A DNA stretch of 64,000 nucleotides from an uncultured Nitrospiraceae bacterium (GTDB taxonomy: Bacteria > Nitrospirota > Nitrospiria > Nitrospirales > Nitrospiraceae), in NCBI GenBank assembly GCA_963846575.1, contig CAWJWJ010000002.1:1984001-2048000 (forward strand), in the 5' to 3' direction. The position numbers and the translations under genes were made by a program. The notes beneath the pieces were generated by a model that was given only the letters and a program-made list of their open reading frames with translations, searched no databases and was not told the origin of the DNA. Shown piece by piece: positions 11,597 through 22,960 of this stretch. Every line of letters begins with the position of its first letter. Positions within the stretch are counted from its first letter, which is position 1.

Positions 11597-14149
11597 TTAT
11601 ATCCAATTCCATCGGTGCCATAAGCGTACGAAATTATCCAGTTCGATCGCCCAGGGACCTGGCTCGGTAATCGCCTGCTGAAGCTTCCATTCCCGGGCAC
11701 TGTGGACCGTGAGACGTGCCTGCTTCAGATCGAGATCCACCCAGATCGCTCCCTCCCGATCCGTTCTCCAGAGCTGTGCTCCCACCGACCGGTAGGCTGC
11801 TAATACCTCCCCGACCGGATGCCCATAGGGATTGCGTCGGCCGGAGGACACTACGGCAATTTCCGGGCGTATCGAGTCCAGCCAGTTGCGCTCCATTGAA
11901 CTTAACGCCCCATGATGGGGCACCTTCAGGAGCGTGACATGGCCAAGACTTCCGGATCGATTCAACCGTGCCAAAGCCGGACGTTCGATGTCTCCGGTGA
12001 ACAACATCCGTCGGTCGCCGCAGGTAAGTTCGGTGACAACCGACCGGTTGTTGAGCGATTCGCCTCGCCTTCCAGATGGGTCCTCTTGCTTTGCAGGTGG
12101 ACTCGCAATACTCATCGAACAACCAGGGCCTGAATAAATTTCTTGTCCCTCCGTCGCGACCCTCGCTGGAATATGGTGCTGGACAAGGGTGGTTTCGATC
12201 CGTCGCCAGAAGGTTTCCTTCCGCGTTTCACCGTTGGTCCAAAACCTTTCGACCTGAAGATGTTCCAGAATCCAGGCTAACCCTCCGACATGGTCCAGTT
12301 GCGGATGCGTGCCGATGACGTGGGATATTTTTCGTATCCCTCGATTCCAGAGGAAAGGAGCCACCACGTTTCGCCCCATATCGAATCGTTCGTACGACGC
12401 GCCCCCATCGATGACGACCACTTGTCCGGCGGGTAATTCGATCACCGCGCTATCCCCCTGCCCCACGTCGAGGAAGGTCACTCGCACCTGTCCCTCGCGA
12501 CTGAATGGTCGAGGAGACCAGAGCCACCAGCTCATGATACACAACAATCCGACAAGCAGGGCCGCTCTCAACCACCCATCGGCGCGGGCGGGTCTCCCTG
12601 TCAGCAAGGCCCACCCAAGGACATAGAAGAGCAGCATGGTAGGAAGCGACGGAGCCGCGACGAACCATTCGGCGCCCGGCAGGGAGGTCAGTCCATGAGT
12701 CGCAGAGATGAGGCCCTGACAAAGGGCATCAATGACGGCAGCTCCGGGTACCGTCCCGCTGTGAGCCGCAATGGTCCAAACAGCCGAGAACAGACAAACC
12801 GGCAGCAATACAAAGCCGACGAAGGGCACCGTGAGAAGGTTTGCAAAAAGTCCGATCCAGGACACCTGGTTGAAATAGCATGCGACCAGAGGCATGGTCG
12901 CCAGCGACACCAATGCGGTAAGTCGGACGGACTCGCCCAGCCAATGCCAAACCTGTCCGGATTTCGATCGCATGGGGTCCAGCCATTCTTTCTTCGAGAT
13001 CTCGCGCTGGAGAGCTAACGCCAGAACCCATACCGACATATAGGAGAGCTGGAACGAAATGTCGTAGAGCACGGCAGGGTGCGCCAGCAAGGTCACGCCG
13101 GCGGCCGCCGCAAGGGCGTGTAGGATATAGTGCGGTGCACCGAGCCAGACTGTCCAGAGCGCAACGGCAAGCATGATGGATGAACGGATCGTGGCCGTTT
13201 CCGCTCCGGCTAAGACCGTGTAGGCCGCTACAGGGAGCAAGGTCAGCAGCGCCGCGGATCTGGTGGGAGTCAACCATCGGGAAAGGCTAAGCAGCATTAG
13301 CGGAGGAAGCCACAAGCACGCCCTCCGAATCACCGTAAAAGACAGCAGCGCAATGAGTCCGAGGTGTGATCCTGAGATGGAGAGGATATGAACCGTGCCG
13401 GTCGTCATGAACCACTCACGGACCTCGGGCGCCAAGAATCCCTGCTCCCCAATAGTCAGGCTCAGGAAGAGCCCCCGGCTAGGCTGAGGAAGTCGTTCCG
13501 CCGCCGATCGCACCCGGCTCCGCCATCCTTCGATGAGGGACGGAAATGAGTGAAATAGCGCTCCTCGCTCAGAGTCCAGCACCTCCACGGCGCCGGCGCC
13601 GGAGACCGATCCGACGGCATCCACACCCTGCGCCTCGAGATAGGCCGCATAATCGAAGCCTTTTGGGTTGAGGGTGCCGGCGGGAGTATGTAGTCTGGTC
13701 CGTGTTTGAATCCGCAGTCCACTGTAGAGATCCCGATCCGGATCACGCCAGGCAAGGCGCAGATGGAACGGGACGGCGGACGAGGGATCGTCGACGGCGG
13801 ACGAGGGATCGTCGACGGCGGACACCTCCACCAGGGCGGTCAACCGCCCCGGCGAATGATGGACGGCCTCAACGATCGTGCCTTCGATCCGTGCAGGGAG
13901 ACTGCTCTGGCTCTCGAGAATCAGAGCGTGAGGAGTGAGCCAGGCGTAAAGGGTCCAGTAGAGACATCCGCCGGCTACACAGGCAAACAGCACCTGGCTA
14001 CGTCCTGGCGCCAGCAGGCCCCGGATCTCCAGGACCGTGAGAAGTCCTACCGTCCCGATTAAAAAAAAGACTACGCTGAAAGGAAAATATGGCAGGTACG
14101 AACCGACGAGGAGCCCGATGATAAAGGTAATTGTAAAAACTGGCAGCAT
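11597..14149 (-). CDS. comEC: ComEC/Rec2 DNA internalization competence protein
   Basis: NPKGFDY, GTVHILSISGSHLG, SFQLSY, FLDVGQGDS, THPQLDHVGG, KVPHHG, NPYGHP. Confidence 0.95.
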   Translation of the reverse strand: MLPVFTITFIIGLLVGSYLPYFPFSVVFFLIGTVGLLTVLEIRGLLAPGRSQVLFACVAGGCLYWTLYAWLTPHALILESQSSLPARIEGTIVEAVHHSPGRLTALVEVSAVDDPSSAVDDPSSAVPFHLRLAWRDPDRDLYSGLRIQTRTRLHTPAGTLNPKGFDYAAYLEAQGVDAVGSVSGAGAVEVLDSERGALFHSFPSLIEGWRSRVRSAAERLPQPSRGLFLSLTIGEQGFLAPEVREWFMTTGTVHILSISGSHLGLIALLSFTVIRRACLWLPPLMLLSLSRWLTPTRSAALLTLLPVAAYTVLAGAETATIRSSIMLAVALWTVWLGAPHYILHALAAAAGVTLLAHPAVLYDISFQLSYMSVWVLALALQREISKKEWLDPMRSKSGQVWHWLGESVRLTALVSLATMPLVACYFNQVSWIGLFANLLTVPFVGFVLLPVCLFSAVWTIAAHSGTVPGAAVIDALCQGLISATHGLTSLPGAEWFVAAPSLPTMLLFYVLGWALLTGRPARADGWLRAALLVGLLCIMSWWLWSPRPFSREGQVRVTFLDVGQGDSAVIELPAGQVVVIDGGASYERFDMGRNVVAPFLWNRGIRKISHVIGTHPQLDHVGGLAWILEHLQVERFWTNGETRKETFWRRIETTLVQHHIPARVATEGQEIYSGPGCSMSIASPPAKQEDPSGRRGESLNNRSVVTELTCGDRRMLFTGDIERPALARLNRSGSLGHVTLLKVPHHGALSSMERNWLDSIRPEIAVVSSGRRNPYGHPVGEVLAAYRSVGAQLWRTDREGAIWVDLDLKQARLTVHSAREWKLQQAITEPGPWAIELDNFVRLWHRWNWI
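13772..13823. repeat. 21-bp tandem repeat (about 2.5 copies) inside comEC
   Basis: GACGGCGGACGAGGGATCGTC at 13772-13792 and 13793-13813, plus a partial copy; encodes SAVDDPS twice. Confidence 0.9.
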
Positions 14150-14175
14150 CCGGCGCCTGCGCAGAGGGCTTGATG

Positions 14176-15525
14176 CTATCCGATACGGGCGCGAACGAGT
14201 TCCGCAAGATGATCGGCGACCGCTCGAATCATCGTATCGCGCTCGCCCTCAACCATGATTCGCAGCAAAGCTTCGGTGCCGGAATAGCGAACCAGCACGC
14301 GGCCGCTCCCGTTGAGGGTCGCTTCCGCAGTCTTGATCGCCTGCTGAATATCCGGCATCTGAGTCAAATCCGGCTTATGCTTGACTCGAACATTAAGCAG
14401 GACTTGAGGGACAGCAGTCATCGCCTTGGCAAGTTCAGAGAGGGGTCTCCCGGTGCGCTTCATCAGCGAGAGAATCTGAAGCGCCGAGATCAATCCGTCG
14501 CCAGTGGTATTATGATCCAGGAAAATGAAATGGCCTGATTGTTCCCCGCCGAAATTATACCCATCGGCCAGCATGCGCTCCATGAGGTACCGGTCGCCGA
14601 CAGGCGTTCGCATTAATTGAATCCCGGCCTTTTTCATGGCCAGCTCCAATCCGAAATTGCTCATTACGGTTCCCACGACGGTCTTACAAGCCAGTTGACC
14701 TTGCGCATGAAGATCGAGCCCCAGCGCGGCCATTACATGGTCACCGTCAATCAGCTGGCCTTGCTCACAGACGAAAATCGCCCGGTCGGCATCGCCGTCC
14801 AGGGCAATGCCGATATGGGCACCATGTCGACGAACGGCCTCCTGCAGTCGTTCCGGATGCACGGCGCCGCACCCGTCATTGATATTCATGCCATCCGGGG
14901 TGTTTGCGATGACTTCGATCTCCGCGCCTAATTCACGGAGTACGGCAGGCGCAACTTTGTAGGCTGCGCCGTTGGCACAGTCCACGACCAGCTTCACACC
15001 TTGAAGATCGAGGTCTTTGGGAAGCGAGCGCTTCACAAACTCAATGTAGCGTCCTTCTGCGTCGCCGATACGGTAGGCTTTTCCAATGGCATCTGCAGTC
15101 GGGCGAAGGTGTTTGATCTCGTCGGAAATGATCAACTGCTCTATGCGGGCCTCGACTTCGTCAGGGAGTTTGAATCCTTCGCTCGAAAAGAATTTGATGC
15201 CATTATCTTGATATGGATTATGCGAAGCCGAAATGACCACCCCGGCGTCTGCCCGCAGGCTCCGCGTAAGAAAGGCAATGGCCGGGGTCGGCAGGGGGCC
15301 GACCAACAAGACATCCACTCCCATCGAACAGATGCCTGAGGTCAAGGCCGATTCCAACATGTATCCCGATAATCGCGTGTCCTTCCCGATGACGACCTGA
15401 TGACGACCGGCGCGCCGCATGAAAATATGGGCAGCGGCACGCCCCAATTGCATCGCGATTTCACTGGTCATGGGTTCGAGATTCGCCACGCCGCGAACGC
15501 CGTCTGTGCCAAACAGTTTACGCAT
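14176..15525 (-). CDS. glmM: Phosphoglucosamine mutase
   Basis: [36 protein letters not shown]. Confidence 0.97.
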   Translation of the reverse strand: MRKLFGTDGVRGVANLEPMTSEIAMQLGRAAAHIFMRRAGRHQVVIGKDTRLSGYMLESALTSGICSMGVDVLLVGPLPTPAIAFLTRSLRADAGVVISASHNPYQDNGIKFFSSEGFKLPDEVEARIEQLIISDEIKHLRPTADAIGKAYRIGDAEGRYIEFVKRSLPKDLDLQGVKLVVDCANGAAYKVAPAVLRELGAEIEVIANTPDGMNINDGCGAVHPERLQEAVRRHGAHIGIALDGDADRAIFVCEQGQLIDGDHVMAALGLDLHAQGQLACKTVVGTVMSNFGLELAMKKAGIQLMRTPVGDRYLMERMLADGYNFGGEQSGHFIFLDHNTTGDGLISALQILSLMKRTGRPLSELAKAMTAVPQVLLNVRVKHKPDLTQMPDIQQAIKTAEATLNGSGRVLVRYSGTEALLRIMVEGERDTMIRAVADHLAELVRARIG

Positions 15526-16474
15526 GAGATCCCTCTACACCGGAACGCACGTGACGGGCAATGGCTGACACGACGGAAGCCGTGTCCCGCATGGCTCTGA
15601 CGTCATGCACACGAATGATATCGACGCCTTTCAGGACGGCCACTGCGACCGCGCCGGCCGTGCCATAGCCTCTCTCCTGCACCGGTTGTTGCACCAGTGC
15701 GCCGATGAACTGTTTGCGGGACAGTCCCGCGAGGATGGGATACCCGAGATTCTTGAGCCTCGCAAAATCCGCCAACAGCCGAAGATTATGCTCTTGGAGC
15801 TTACCAAAACCAAAGCCCGGGTCAAGGATGATCTGACTTCTCCGTATGCCCTGATCCATAGCCGCCTGGGCCCGTGCTGCTAGAAAGCAAGACACTTCCT
15901 CCACGACGTTCTGGTAATGAGCCGACTTCTGCATCGTGAGCGGGGTTCCTGGCATATGCATCAGCACGATCGCGGCACCGGTTTCCGACACCAATGCCGC
16001 CATCAAGGGATCACCCCGTAGAGCCGTGATGTCGTTGACAATGGAAGCGCCAGCCTGAATGGCACGCCGGGCCACAGCGGCTTTGGTGGTATCCACGGAT
16101 ATAGGAAGGGGGATCGCCTCATGGACGGCTTCTAGAACAGGAATCAGGCGCCGAAGCTCCTCGGTCTGGTCAATGGGGTGAGCACCAGGCCTGGAGGATT
16201 CGGCGCCGATGTCTATGATATCGGCGCCTTCGGCCTGCATTTGCTTGGCACGGTGCAAAGCTTGTTCGACAGTGACATACGCGCCACCGTCTGAAAATGA
16301 ATCGGGGGTGACGTTTAGAATCCCCATGATCAGAGGACGCGATCCCAAACTGAGCATCTGCGATCGCGCTGTCACAGCAAACACTCCCGGGGGACTGGCA
16401 GTAGTACTGGTCAATACACATCCCCCCTCGTTGACGGCGGCCCATTCGGACGCTAGGGAGCGACACATGAGCAC
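15518..16474 (-). CDS. folP: Dihydropteroate synthase (true start probably further downstream)
   Basis: [43 protein letters not shown]. Confidence 0.95.
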   Translation of the reverse strand: MLMCRSLASEWAAVNEGGCVLTSTTASPPGVFAVTARSQMLSLGSRPLIMGILNVTPDSFSDGGAYVTVEQALHRAKQMQAEGADIIDIGAESSRPGAHPIDQTEELRRLIPVLEAVHEAIPLPISVDTTKAAVARRAIQAGASIVNDITALRGDPLMAALVSETGAAIVLMHMPGTPLTMQKSAHYQNVVEEVSCFLAARAQAAMDQGIRRSQIILDPGFGFGKLQEHNLRLLADFARLKNLGYPILAGLSRKQFIGALVQQPVQERGYGTAGAVAVAVLKGVDIIRVHDVRAMRDTASVVSAIARHVRSGVEGSHA

Positions 16475-16552
16475 GGCGGAAAGGCAATGAAGGCTACACT
16501 CCCATGTAGGAGAAGTCTATCCAAACCTTGGCATAGAATTGAAAGAAACCAC

Positions 16553-16592
16553 CTGCGTTGCAGGGGCATCGTGTGATGCCCCTGCAACGCAG
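16553..16592. terminator. Perfect 18-bp stem hairpin downstream of ftsH
   Basis: CTGCGTTGCAGGGGCATC-gtgt-GATGCCCCTGCAACGCAG. Confidence 0.7.
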
Positions 16593-16601
16593 AAGTGCGT
16601 G

Positions 16602-18416
16602 TTAGGCGGGAACGGTCTGCGGTGAAGAACCTTGAATAATGATCTGATCGATCTCCAGCGCGTCCAATACTTCTTTTTCCAGCAACGCTTCAGCGAGAGC
16701 CTTAAGACTCGTCATGTTGTCAGTCAGAATGCGCTTGGCACGTTCGTAATTTTCGGTGACCAAACGTCTAACCTCATGATCAATTTCCAATGCTACCTGC
16801 TCGCTAAAATCACGTTTCGTGGCAATCTCTCGGCCCAGGAATATTTCCTCTTCCTTTCTGCCGAACGTCAGAGGGCCCAGCTTCTCACTCATGCCCCACT
16901 CGCACACCATCTTCCTGGCAAGGTCTGTGGCCCGCTCCAGATCATTCCCTGCTCCAGTCGTCACATCGTGCAGCACCAACTCCTCCGCAACGCGCCCGCC
17001 CATGAGGATGGCGAGATTATTGTAGAGAAAGTCCTTAGAGTAGTTGTGCCGGTCATCGGTCGGGAGCTGCATGGTCACGCCAAGCGCCCTACCTCGAGGA
17101 ATAATTGTCACTTTATGAACGGGATCAGTGCCGGGCAATAGCTTGGCCATGAGTGCGTGACCGGCCTCATGATAAGCCGTGGTGCGCTTCTCTTCATCGC
17201 TGAGCACCATGCTCTTACGTTCCGCGCCCATCAAGACTTTGTCTTTTGCCATTTCAAAGTCGATCAGCTCAACCTCTTTCTTGTTCCACCGGGCCGCCCA
17301 GAGCGCAGCCTCGTTCACAAGATTTTCGAGGTCGGCACCCGAGAATCCTGGGGTTCCACGAGCAATCTTCTCCAGTTCGACATCCGATGCTAACGGAACC
17401 TTTTTCGTATGGACCTTCAGGATTTCGGAGCGGCCACGTAGATCCGGCCGGTTCACCACGACCTGGCGATCGAAACGGCCAGGGCGAAGCAAGGCCGGAT
17501 CCAGCACATCAGGGCGGTTTGTGGCCGCGATCAAGATAACGCCCTCCGTTGTATCGAAGCCGTCCATCTCGACCAATAATTGGTTCAGCGTTTGCTCTCG
17601 CTCGTCATGACCACCGCCGAGACCCGCACCACGCAAGCGACCGACCGCATCGATCTCATCAATGAAGATGATGCAGGGAGCATGTTTTTTCCCTTGCTCG
17701 AAAAGATCCCGCACCCTGGACGCACCGACGCCGACAAACATTTCCACGAAGTCGGACCCACTGATGCTGAAGAACGGAACCCCCGCCTCCCCGGCGATGG
17801 CTTTGGCCAGCAACGTTTTTCCGGTGCCTGGAGGGCCCACGATGAGGACACCTTTTGGAATACGCCCGCCGAGCTTCTGAAACTTTCTTGGATCTTTCAG
17901 AAACTCGATGATTTCGAGTACTTCTTCCTTGGCTTCCTCAATACCTGCCACATCCGAAAAGGTGACCTTCTTCCGTTCTTCGGTCAGCATTCTGGCGCGA
18001 CTCTTTCCGAAGGAGAGCGCTTTATTGCCGCCGATTTGCATCTGGCGCATGAGGAAAAACCAGAGACCAAGGAACAGGATAAAAGGTCCCCAGGTGACCA
18101 GGAAAGTGATGTACCAGGGACTTTCGTCAGGCGGACGAGCTTCGATCTGAACATCTTTTTCGCGTAGATGCTTCACCAATTCCGGATACTCGGCCGTGTA
18201 GGTCCGTATTCGGCTTTGGTCCTTCAAAATCGCGCTGATGTGGTTAGCCTTGATGGTCACTTTCATGACCTCGCCTTTGTCCAGCTTGGCCATGAAATCG
18301 CTGAATATGACTTCATCTTCCGGCGCGTGGGTCGGCACGCTAAACAGATTAAATAACAAAATCATGAACAAGCCGACGACGACCCAGAACAACAGATTCT
18401 TTACCCGTGAATTCAT
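16602..18416 (-). CDS. ftsH: ATP-dependent zinc metalloprotease FtsH
   Basis: Two N-terminal TM segments, [26 protein letters not shown]. Confidence 0.98.
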   Translation of the reverse strand: MNSRVKNLLFWVVVGLFMILLFNLFSVPTHAPEDEVIFSDFMAKLDKGEVMKVTIKANHISAILKDQSRIRTYTAEYPELVKHLREKDVQIEARPPDESPWYITFLVTWGPFILFLGLWFFLMRQMQIGGNKALSFGKSRARMLTEERKKVTFSDVAGIEEAKEEVLEIIEFLKDPRKFQKLGGRIPKGVLIVGPPGTGKTLLAKAIAGEAGVPFFSISGSDFVEMFVGVGASRVRDLFEQGKKHAPCIIFIDEIDAVGRLRGAGLGGGHDEREQTLNQLLVEMDGFDTTEGVILIAATNRPDVLDPALLRPGRFDRQVVVNRPDLRGRSEILKVHTKKVPLASDVELEKIARGTPGFSGADLENLVNEAALWAARWNKKEVELIDFEMAKDKVLMGAERKSMVLSDEEKRTTAYHEAGHALMAKLLPGTDPVHKVTIIPRGRALGVTMQLPTDDRHNYSKDFLYNNLAILMGGRVAEELVLHDVTTGAGNDLERATDLARKMVCEWGMSEKLGPLTFGRKEEEIFLGREIATKRDFSEQVALEIDHEVRRLVTENYERAKRILTDNMTSLKALAEALLEKEVLDALEIDQIIIQGSSPQTVPA

Positions 18417-18504
18417 CCACCTCTCCTTTGAGGAAATTAGGCAGACTGCACATTCTGATAACCCTGCAGGATGTTACCATAGGTTCCGCAGGGGTAACAA
18501 CCAT

Positions 18505-19056
18505 TCATGCAGACTCTTGCTCCCGTTCATCAGCCTGATCAAGTGCAGCCAGGTAAGGAAGGTTGCGATACTTCTGTTGATAGTCAAGCCCATAGCCGAC
18601 GACGAATCGGTTTGGGATCTTGAACCCTACATATTCCAGATCCACCTCGACTGTCCTACGCTCAGGTTTACTGAGCAGCGTACACACCTTCAGCGATCGT
18701 GGTTTTCTCCTGGACAAGGTCTTGAGGAGATGCTGGATCGTGAGGCCCGAATCCACAATATCCTCCACCAGCAGCACATCCTTCCCCGCGATCGGCTCCG
18801 TCAGGTCCGACACCAGTTTAACCTTCCCGGAGCTTTTTTTGCCGGTTCCGTAACTTGTGACGACGATAAACTCCACCCGCATCGGAATCCGGATAGCCCG
18901 TGCCAGGTCGGCATAAAAGGCATAGGCCCCCTTAAGCACACCCACCAGCACCAAATCCTTTCCGGCATAGTCGGAGGCAATTTGCTTGCCGAGTTCTCGG
19001 ATCCGCGTCCGCATTTGTTCTTGGGTCACGATGGGACGACCAAAAATGCGTTCCAT
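18505..19056 (-). CDS. hpt: Hypoxanthine phosphoribosyltransferase
   Basis: VGVLKGA, VLLVEDIVDSGLT, FVVGYGLDY. Confidence 0.95.
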   Translation of the reverse strand: MERIFGRPIVTQEQMRTRIRELGKQIASDYAGKDLVLVGVLKGAYAFYADLARAIRIPMRVEFIVVTSYGTGKKSSGKVKLVSDLTEPIAGKDVLLVEDIVDSGLTIQHLLKTLSRRKPRSLKVCTLLSKPERRTVEVDLEYVGFKIPNRFVVGYGLDYQQKYRNLPYLAALDQADEREQESA

Positions 19057-19058
19057 TC

Positions 19059-20552
19059 CTAGAAGGTTCCTTTCCGACGCAGAGGCTGCCTCACACGGGC
19101 CACGATAAACCGGGTCGTCGAGGTGGTGGCGGCAAATCGGGCGTCAACTCGCTGTCCCACTATCCAGGCGATGCAGTCTCGCGACAGGACCAGCGGCATT
19201 CGTTCTCGCACAGATCGGCCCAGTTTTGCATCTGTGAAGTAATCTTGCAATTTCTTTCGGCGCCCGTTCATGCCCGTGGGACAAAACCAATCTCCTCGCC
19301 GCCAGGTTCGTATCCTCAACGGCAAAGCCAGTTGCTCGGCATCGAAGAGCGCCACAAGGGGAGAGGTGTTGTTCAGGAGGACCCGTCCCCGATCACAGGT
19401 CACTGTCCGGATACGAATGGACTCTCCGGTCATCGGCCATGAGGCCGTATATGGCAGAGAGGAGATGGTCACCTCCTGAAACGAAGAACCAATGGTGCCG
19501 TTTTCGGATTGATCTTCCACAACACGACCTGTTGGCCGGGATGAAGCAGTGGTCAGCCTTATCTGTTTCGGTTCAGACAGAATCTCCACCTTGCCGATCT
19601 TCCAGACTCCCCCGGACCGAGGAGAAGTCAGAGACGTCAGCAGCGACGTGATTTGATCACCTCGGGGAACTCCGAAGGATGATGACATCAAGCCCAAAGC
19701 CTGCCGCAGGATCCGACGCTGCAGCGCAACCGGTTGCTCGCACAGCGCACTTCGACCAAGAATGACTGTCGTCTCATTGCTCAATTGAACGACGCGTCTC
19801 AGCCGGCGCGCAGAGAGGGCGTCCAGAAGACGGTCATCGTCACGAATGATGTCGGCCTGGCGAGCTAACATCCGGACTGCACCGGGCGCCAGGGATGTTA
19901 TGACGGGGAGCAATTCATGCCGGACACGGTTACGAAGATACGCGGATTTGGCATTGCTGGAATCCACCCGGTAAGACAACCCTGCGGCTCCCAGATAGGA
20001 AAGGATTTCCTGTCGCGAGACAGCCAGTAATGGACGAATGAAGAGGCGCTCTCGAATATGCGGGATCCCGGACAGTCCGCGCAGTCCTGCCCCGCGCAGC
20101 ATCCGCAGCAGGACGGTTTCTGCTTGATCGTCTGCATTGTGCCCGAGCGCCACACGCGCTGCACCATGCCGGCCAGCCAGCTCCCGAAAGAGCCGATACC
20201 GGGCCTCCCGAGCACGTACTTGAAGTGAACTTGAAGCCCCGACCTCCCGTTGAGCCACCGCCACGGAGGTCACCACGCAGGGGATGCCTAGCCGTCTGCA
20301 GAGCGTCGTGACAAAATCCGCATCTCCATCGGATTCGGCGCCCCGCAAGCCGTAGTTGCAATGCACCACCCTCAGCGAAAGTTCCCATACAGGAGCCAGC
20401 GCGTGCAGAATCGATAGCAACGCCACAGAATCGGCTCCCCCCGAAACCGCCACCAGTATCGTCTGCCCTGGTAGCAGCAGTGCTCGTGCACGAATGGTTT
20501 TGGCCACCCGCCTGTGGAGCGGGTGGTAAAATACTGTCGGGGCAACCTTCAT
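19059..20552 (-). CDS. tilS: tRNA(Ile)-lysidine synthase
   Basis: AVSGGADS PP-loop, GHNADDQAET, RPLL, RNRVRH. Confidence 0.95.
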   Translation of the reverse strand: MKVAPTVFYHPLHRRVAKTIRARALLLPGQTILVAVSGGADSVALLSILHALAPVWELSLRVVHCNYGLRGAESDGDADFVTTLCRRLGIPCVVTSVAVAQREVGASSSLQVRAREARYRLFRELAGRHGAARVALGHNADDQAETVLLRMLRGAGLRGLSGIPHIRERLFIRPLLAVSRQEILSYLGAAGLSYRVDSSNAKSAYLRNRVRHELLPVITSLAPGAVRMLARQADIIRDDDRLLDALSARRLRRVVQLSNETTVILGRSALCEQPVALQRRILRQALGLMSSSFGVPRGDQITSLLTSLTSPRSGGVWKIGKVEILSEPKQIRLTTASSRPTGRVVEDQSENGTIGSSFQEVTISSLPYTASWPMTGESIRIRTVTCDRGRVLLNNTSPLVALFDAEQLALPLRIRTWRRGDWFCPTGMNGRRKKLQDYFTDAKLGRSVRERMPLVLSRDCIAWIVGQRVDARFAATTSTTRFIVARVRQPLRRKGTF

Positions 20553-20555
20553 GGC

Positions 20556-21521
20556 TCAAGCCCGGGGTGCTGTAATCGAGGGAGGGATAGCCGTCACCGC
20601 CTCACGAAGCTGCGCGCGAGTCATTTCTACATCCACCGCAATCTGACGCGTAAGGTCTTCGGCCGAAGCAAAAACCATATCCTCACGCACAAAACTAAGG
20701 AGTCGCACCCGGATCGACTCCCCGTAAAGTTCAAGCCGCTCGTCCAGAATCGATACTTCCAACAAACGTTCACCCGCGCCGAAGGTGGGTCTGGTCCCGA
20801 TATAGACGACGGAATCCAATAGACGCCCCTTCCAGGCAACCTGCGCGGCATAGACACCATCCGGTGGTAGGACTCGCCCCTCAGGAAGTCGCAAATTGGC
20901 GGTCGGCCAACCCAATTCCGTCCCCCGGTGCGCGCCGGAAATGACCGTCCCCTCGATGCTGTAGGGCCGTCCCAAAAAACGGATGGCCTTCCGGAGATCT
21001 CCAGACAGTATCAATTGGCGAATGCGGGTGGAACTGACGACCTCGTCCTCGATGATCACCGGAAACATCGGATGGACCCGAAACCCAAATTGGGCACCGA
21101 ATTCCAACAAGTCCGCGATGCGCCCCGCACGGTTTTTTCCAAAGGCGAAATGCTCGCCGACAAACAACTCTCGCGTGCCGATGCCATCACGGAGCACCTG
21201 CTTCGCAAATTCAGCCGGACTCAACCCGGCAAAGGTTGGCGTAAACTCGAGAAACACTACTTCATCGATGCCAGCCGCCTCAAAATGCGCTAACTTTTCC
21301 TCCGGAGTGGTCAAGAACTGGAGGTTCACGTGCGGTGCCAGGATCTTCACGGGGTGCGGATCGAAGGTGAGCACCACCGCCGTGCCGGCTTTCCGACGAG
21401 CCGTTTCTACGACCTGGCCCAAAAGGGACCGATGGCCGTAGTGATGGCCATCGAAATTCCCGATTGTGACAACTGCGTATGGTCTGGGCGTCGATGGGGT
21501 CAGGCCACGAGAAATCTTCAT
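20556..21521 (-). CDS. ribF: Bifunctional riboflavin kinase/FAD synthetase
   Basis: [35 protein letters not shown]. Confidence 0.95.
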   Translation of the reverse strand: MKISRGLTPSTPRPYAVVTIGNFDGHHYGHRSLLGQVVETARRKAGTAVVLTFDPHPVKILAPHVNLQFLTTPEEKLAHFEAAGIDEVVFLEFTPTFAGLSPAEFAKQVLRDGIGTRELFVGEHFAFGKNRAGRIADLLEFGAQFGFRVHPMFPVIIEDEVVSSTRIRQLILSGDLRKAIRFLGRPYSIEGTVISGAHRGTELGWPTANLRLPEGRVLPPDGVYAAQVAWKGRLLDSVVYIGTRPTFGAGERLLEVSILDERLELYGESIRVRLLSFVREDMVFASAEDLTRQIAVDVEMTRAQLREAVTAIPPSITAPRA

Positions 21522-22501
21522 GCTGGTCGTGACTGCAGCAGCCGAGCTGCCTCTTTTGCAAAGTAGGTCAAGATGATTTCAGCCCCGGCTCGTTTGATCG
21601 ACAGGAGCGATTCCAACATCGCACGGTGCTCGTCCAACCATCCGGCTTGGGCAGCCGCTTTGATCATGCTGTATTCCCCGCTCACCTGGTAGGCGGCGAT
21701 CGGCAGAAGCGTACGCTGACGCGCGGCGGCGATCACATCCAAATACGGCATGGCCGGCTTTACCATGACGATATCGGCCCCTTCCTCGATATCCAGGTCG
21801 ATCTCCCGCAAAGCCTCTCGTTTGTTGGCCGGATCCATTTGATAGGATTGCCGGTCCCCGAACTGTGGACTGGAATGCGCCGCATCTCGAAAGGGCGCGT
21901 AAAAACATGAGGCGAATTTCGCCGCATAGGCCATGATGGGAATGTCCTCAAATCCGGCCCGGTCCAGTTCGTCACGAATCGCGGCGACCCTCCCGTCCAT
22001 CATATCGGACGGTGCTACCATGTCCGCCCCCGCCTCCGCATGAGTCCGTGCCATGGCCCGGAGACAATCCAGCGTTTCGTCATTGAGAATCTTTCCCTCG
22101 CGAACAATGCCGCAATGGCCATGGCTCGTATACTCATCAATGCAGACATCGGTAATCAGCACGAGGTCGGGCACTTCTCGCTTAAGCCGGCGAAGGGCAC
22201 GCTGCACAATCCCGTCGGGATCCACGCCCGAACTGCCCCGTTCGTCCTTCAGATCCGGTATTCCGAACAGGATGATGGCAGGAATTCCCAGCGCCTTCAC
22301 GTCGAGCGCTTCTTTCACCAGCAGGTCGATAGACAGTCTTGCCTGACCCGGCATGGATGCGATTGGCTCGCGACGCCCCTCTCCTTCTGTGACGAAAGCC
22401 GGATAAATGAAGTCGCTTGGAGTCAGCGCGGTCTCCCGGACCATCCGTCGTAGAAGCTCTTTCTCGCGCAAACGGCGCAAACGCTGAATCGGAAAGGCCA
22501 T
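21518..22501 (-). CDS. hemB: Porphobilinogen synthase
   Basis: [44 protein letters not shown]. Confidence 0.97.
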   Translation of the reverse strand: MAFPIQRLRRLREKELLRRMVRETALTPSDFIYPAFVTEGEGRREPIASMPGQARLSIDLLVKEALDVKALGIPAIILFGIPDLKDERGSSGVDPDGIVQRALRRLKREVPDLVLITDVCIDEYTSHGHCGIVREGKILNDETLDCLRAMARTHAEAGADMVAPSDMMDGRVAAIRDELDRAGFEDIPIMAYAAKFASCFYAPFRDAAHSSPQFGDRQSYQMDPANKREALREIDLDIEEGADIVMVKPAMPYLDVIAAARQRTLLPIAAYQVSGEYSMIKAAAQAGWLDEHRAMLESLLSIKRAGAEIILTYFAKEAARLLQSRPA

Positions 22502-22507
22502 GTCCGC

Positions 22508-22900
22508 TCACTTCCTCGGTAGATTGGTCAGGAAAACCACAAGATCACGCACTGAAATCATGCCGACGAGATGCCCATCCCTGGTCACCCCGAGATGCCG
22601 CAAATGCGTCTGCGCCATGAGATCATTCGCATCCAATAACGTCTTGTGTTCTTCAATCGTGACGAGCGGCGCGGACATGATCTGTTCGACGGTCGTCTTG
22701 GTCGTGTCGGCGCCCGTAGCCACCACCCGCCGCACCATGTCGGTATCTGTGATGATGCCGATCACGTCCTTGCCATTCGTGACAAAGAGGCTACCGATGT
22801 TACGGTCGCGCATGAGCCGTCCGGCCGTGCGCACATCGATATCCCGTTCGACCGTGATGAACTTATCCTTGGGAACCATGAATGACTTAACAGGAACCAT
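22508..22900 (-). CDS. CBS-pair protein
   Basis: Two CBS repeats (IGSLFV...GIITDTD; RHLGV...GMISVRD). Confidence 0.85.
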   Translation of the reverse strand: MVPVKSFMVPKDKFITVERDIDVRTAGRLMRDRNIGSLFVTNGKDVIGIITDTDMVRRVVATGADTTKTTVEQIMSAPLVTIEEHKTLLDANDLMAQTHLRHLGVTRDGHLVGMISVRDLVVFLTNLPRK

Positions 22901-22960
22901 GCCGTGTCCTCCTTCTAGGTAACGAACATCTTTCCGCTCACCGCTCTCCGTTCCACGACG

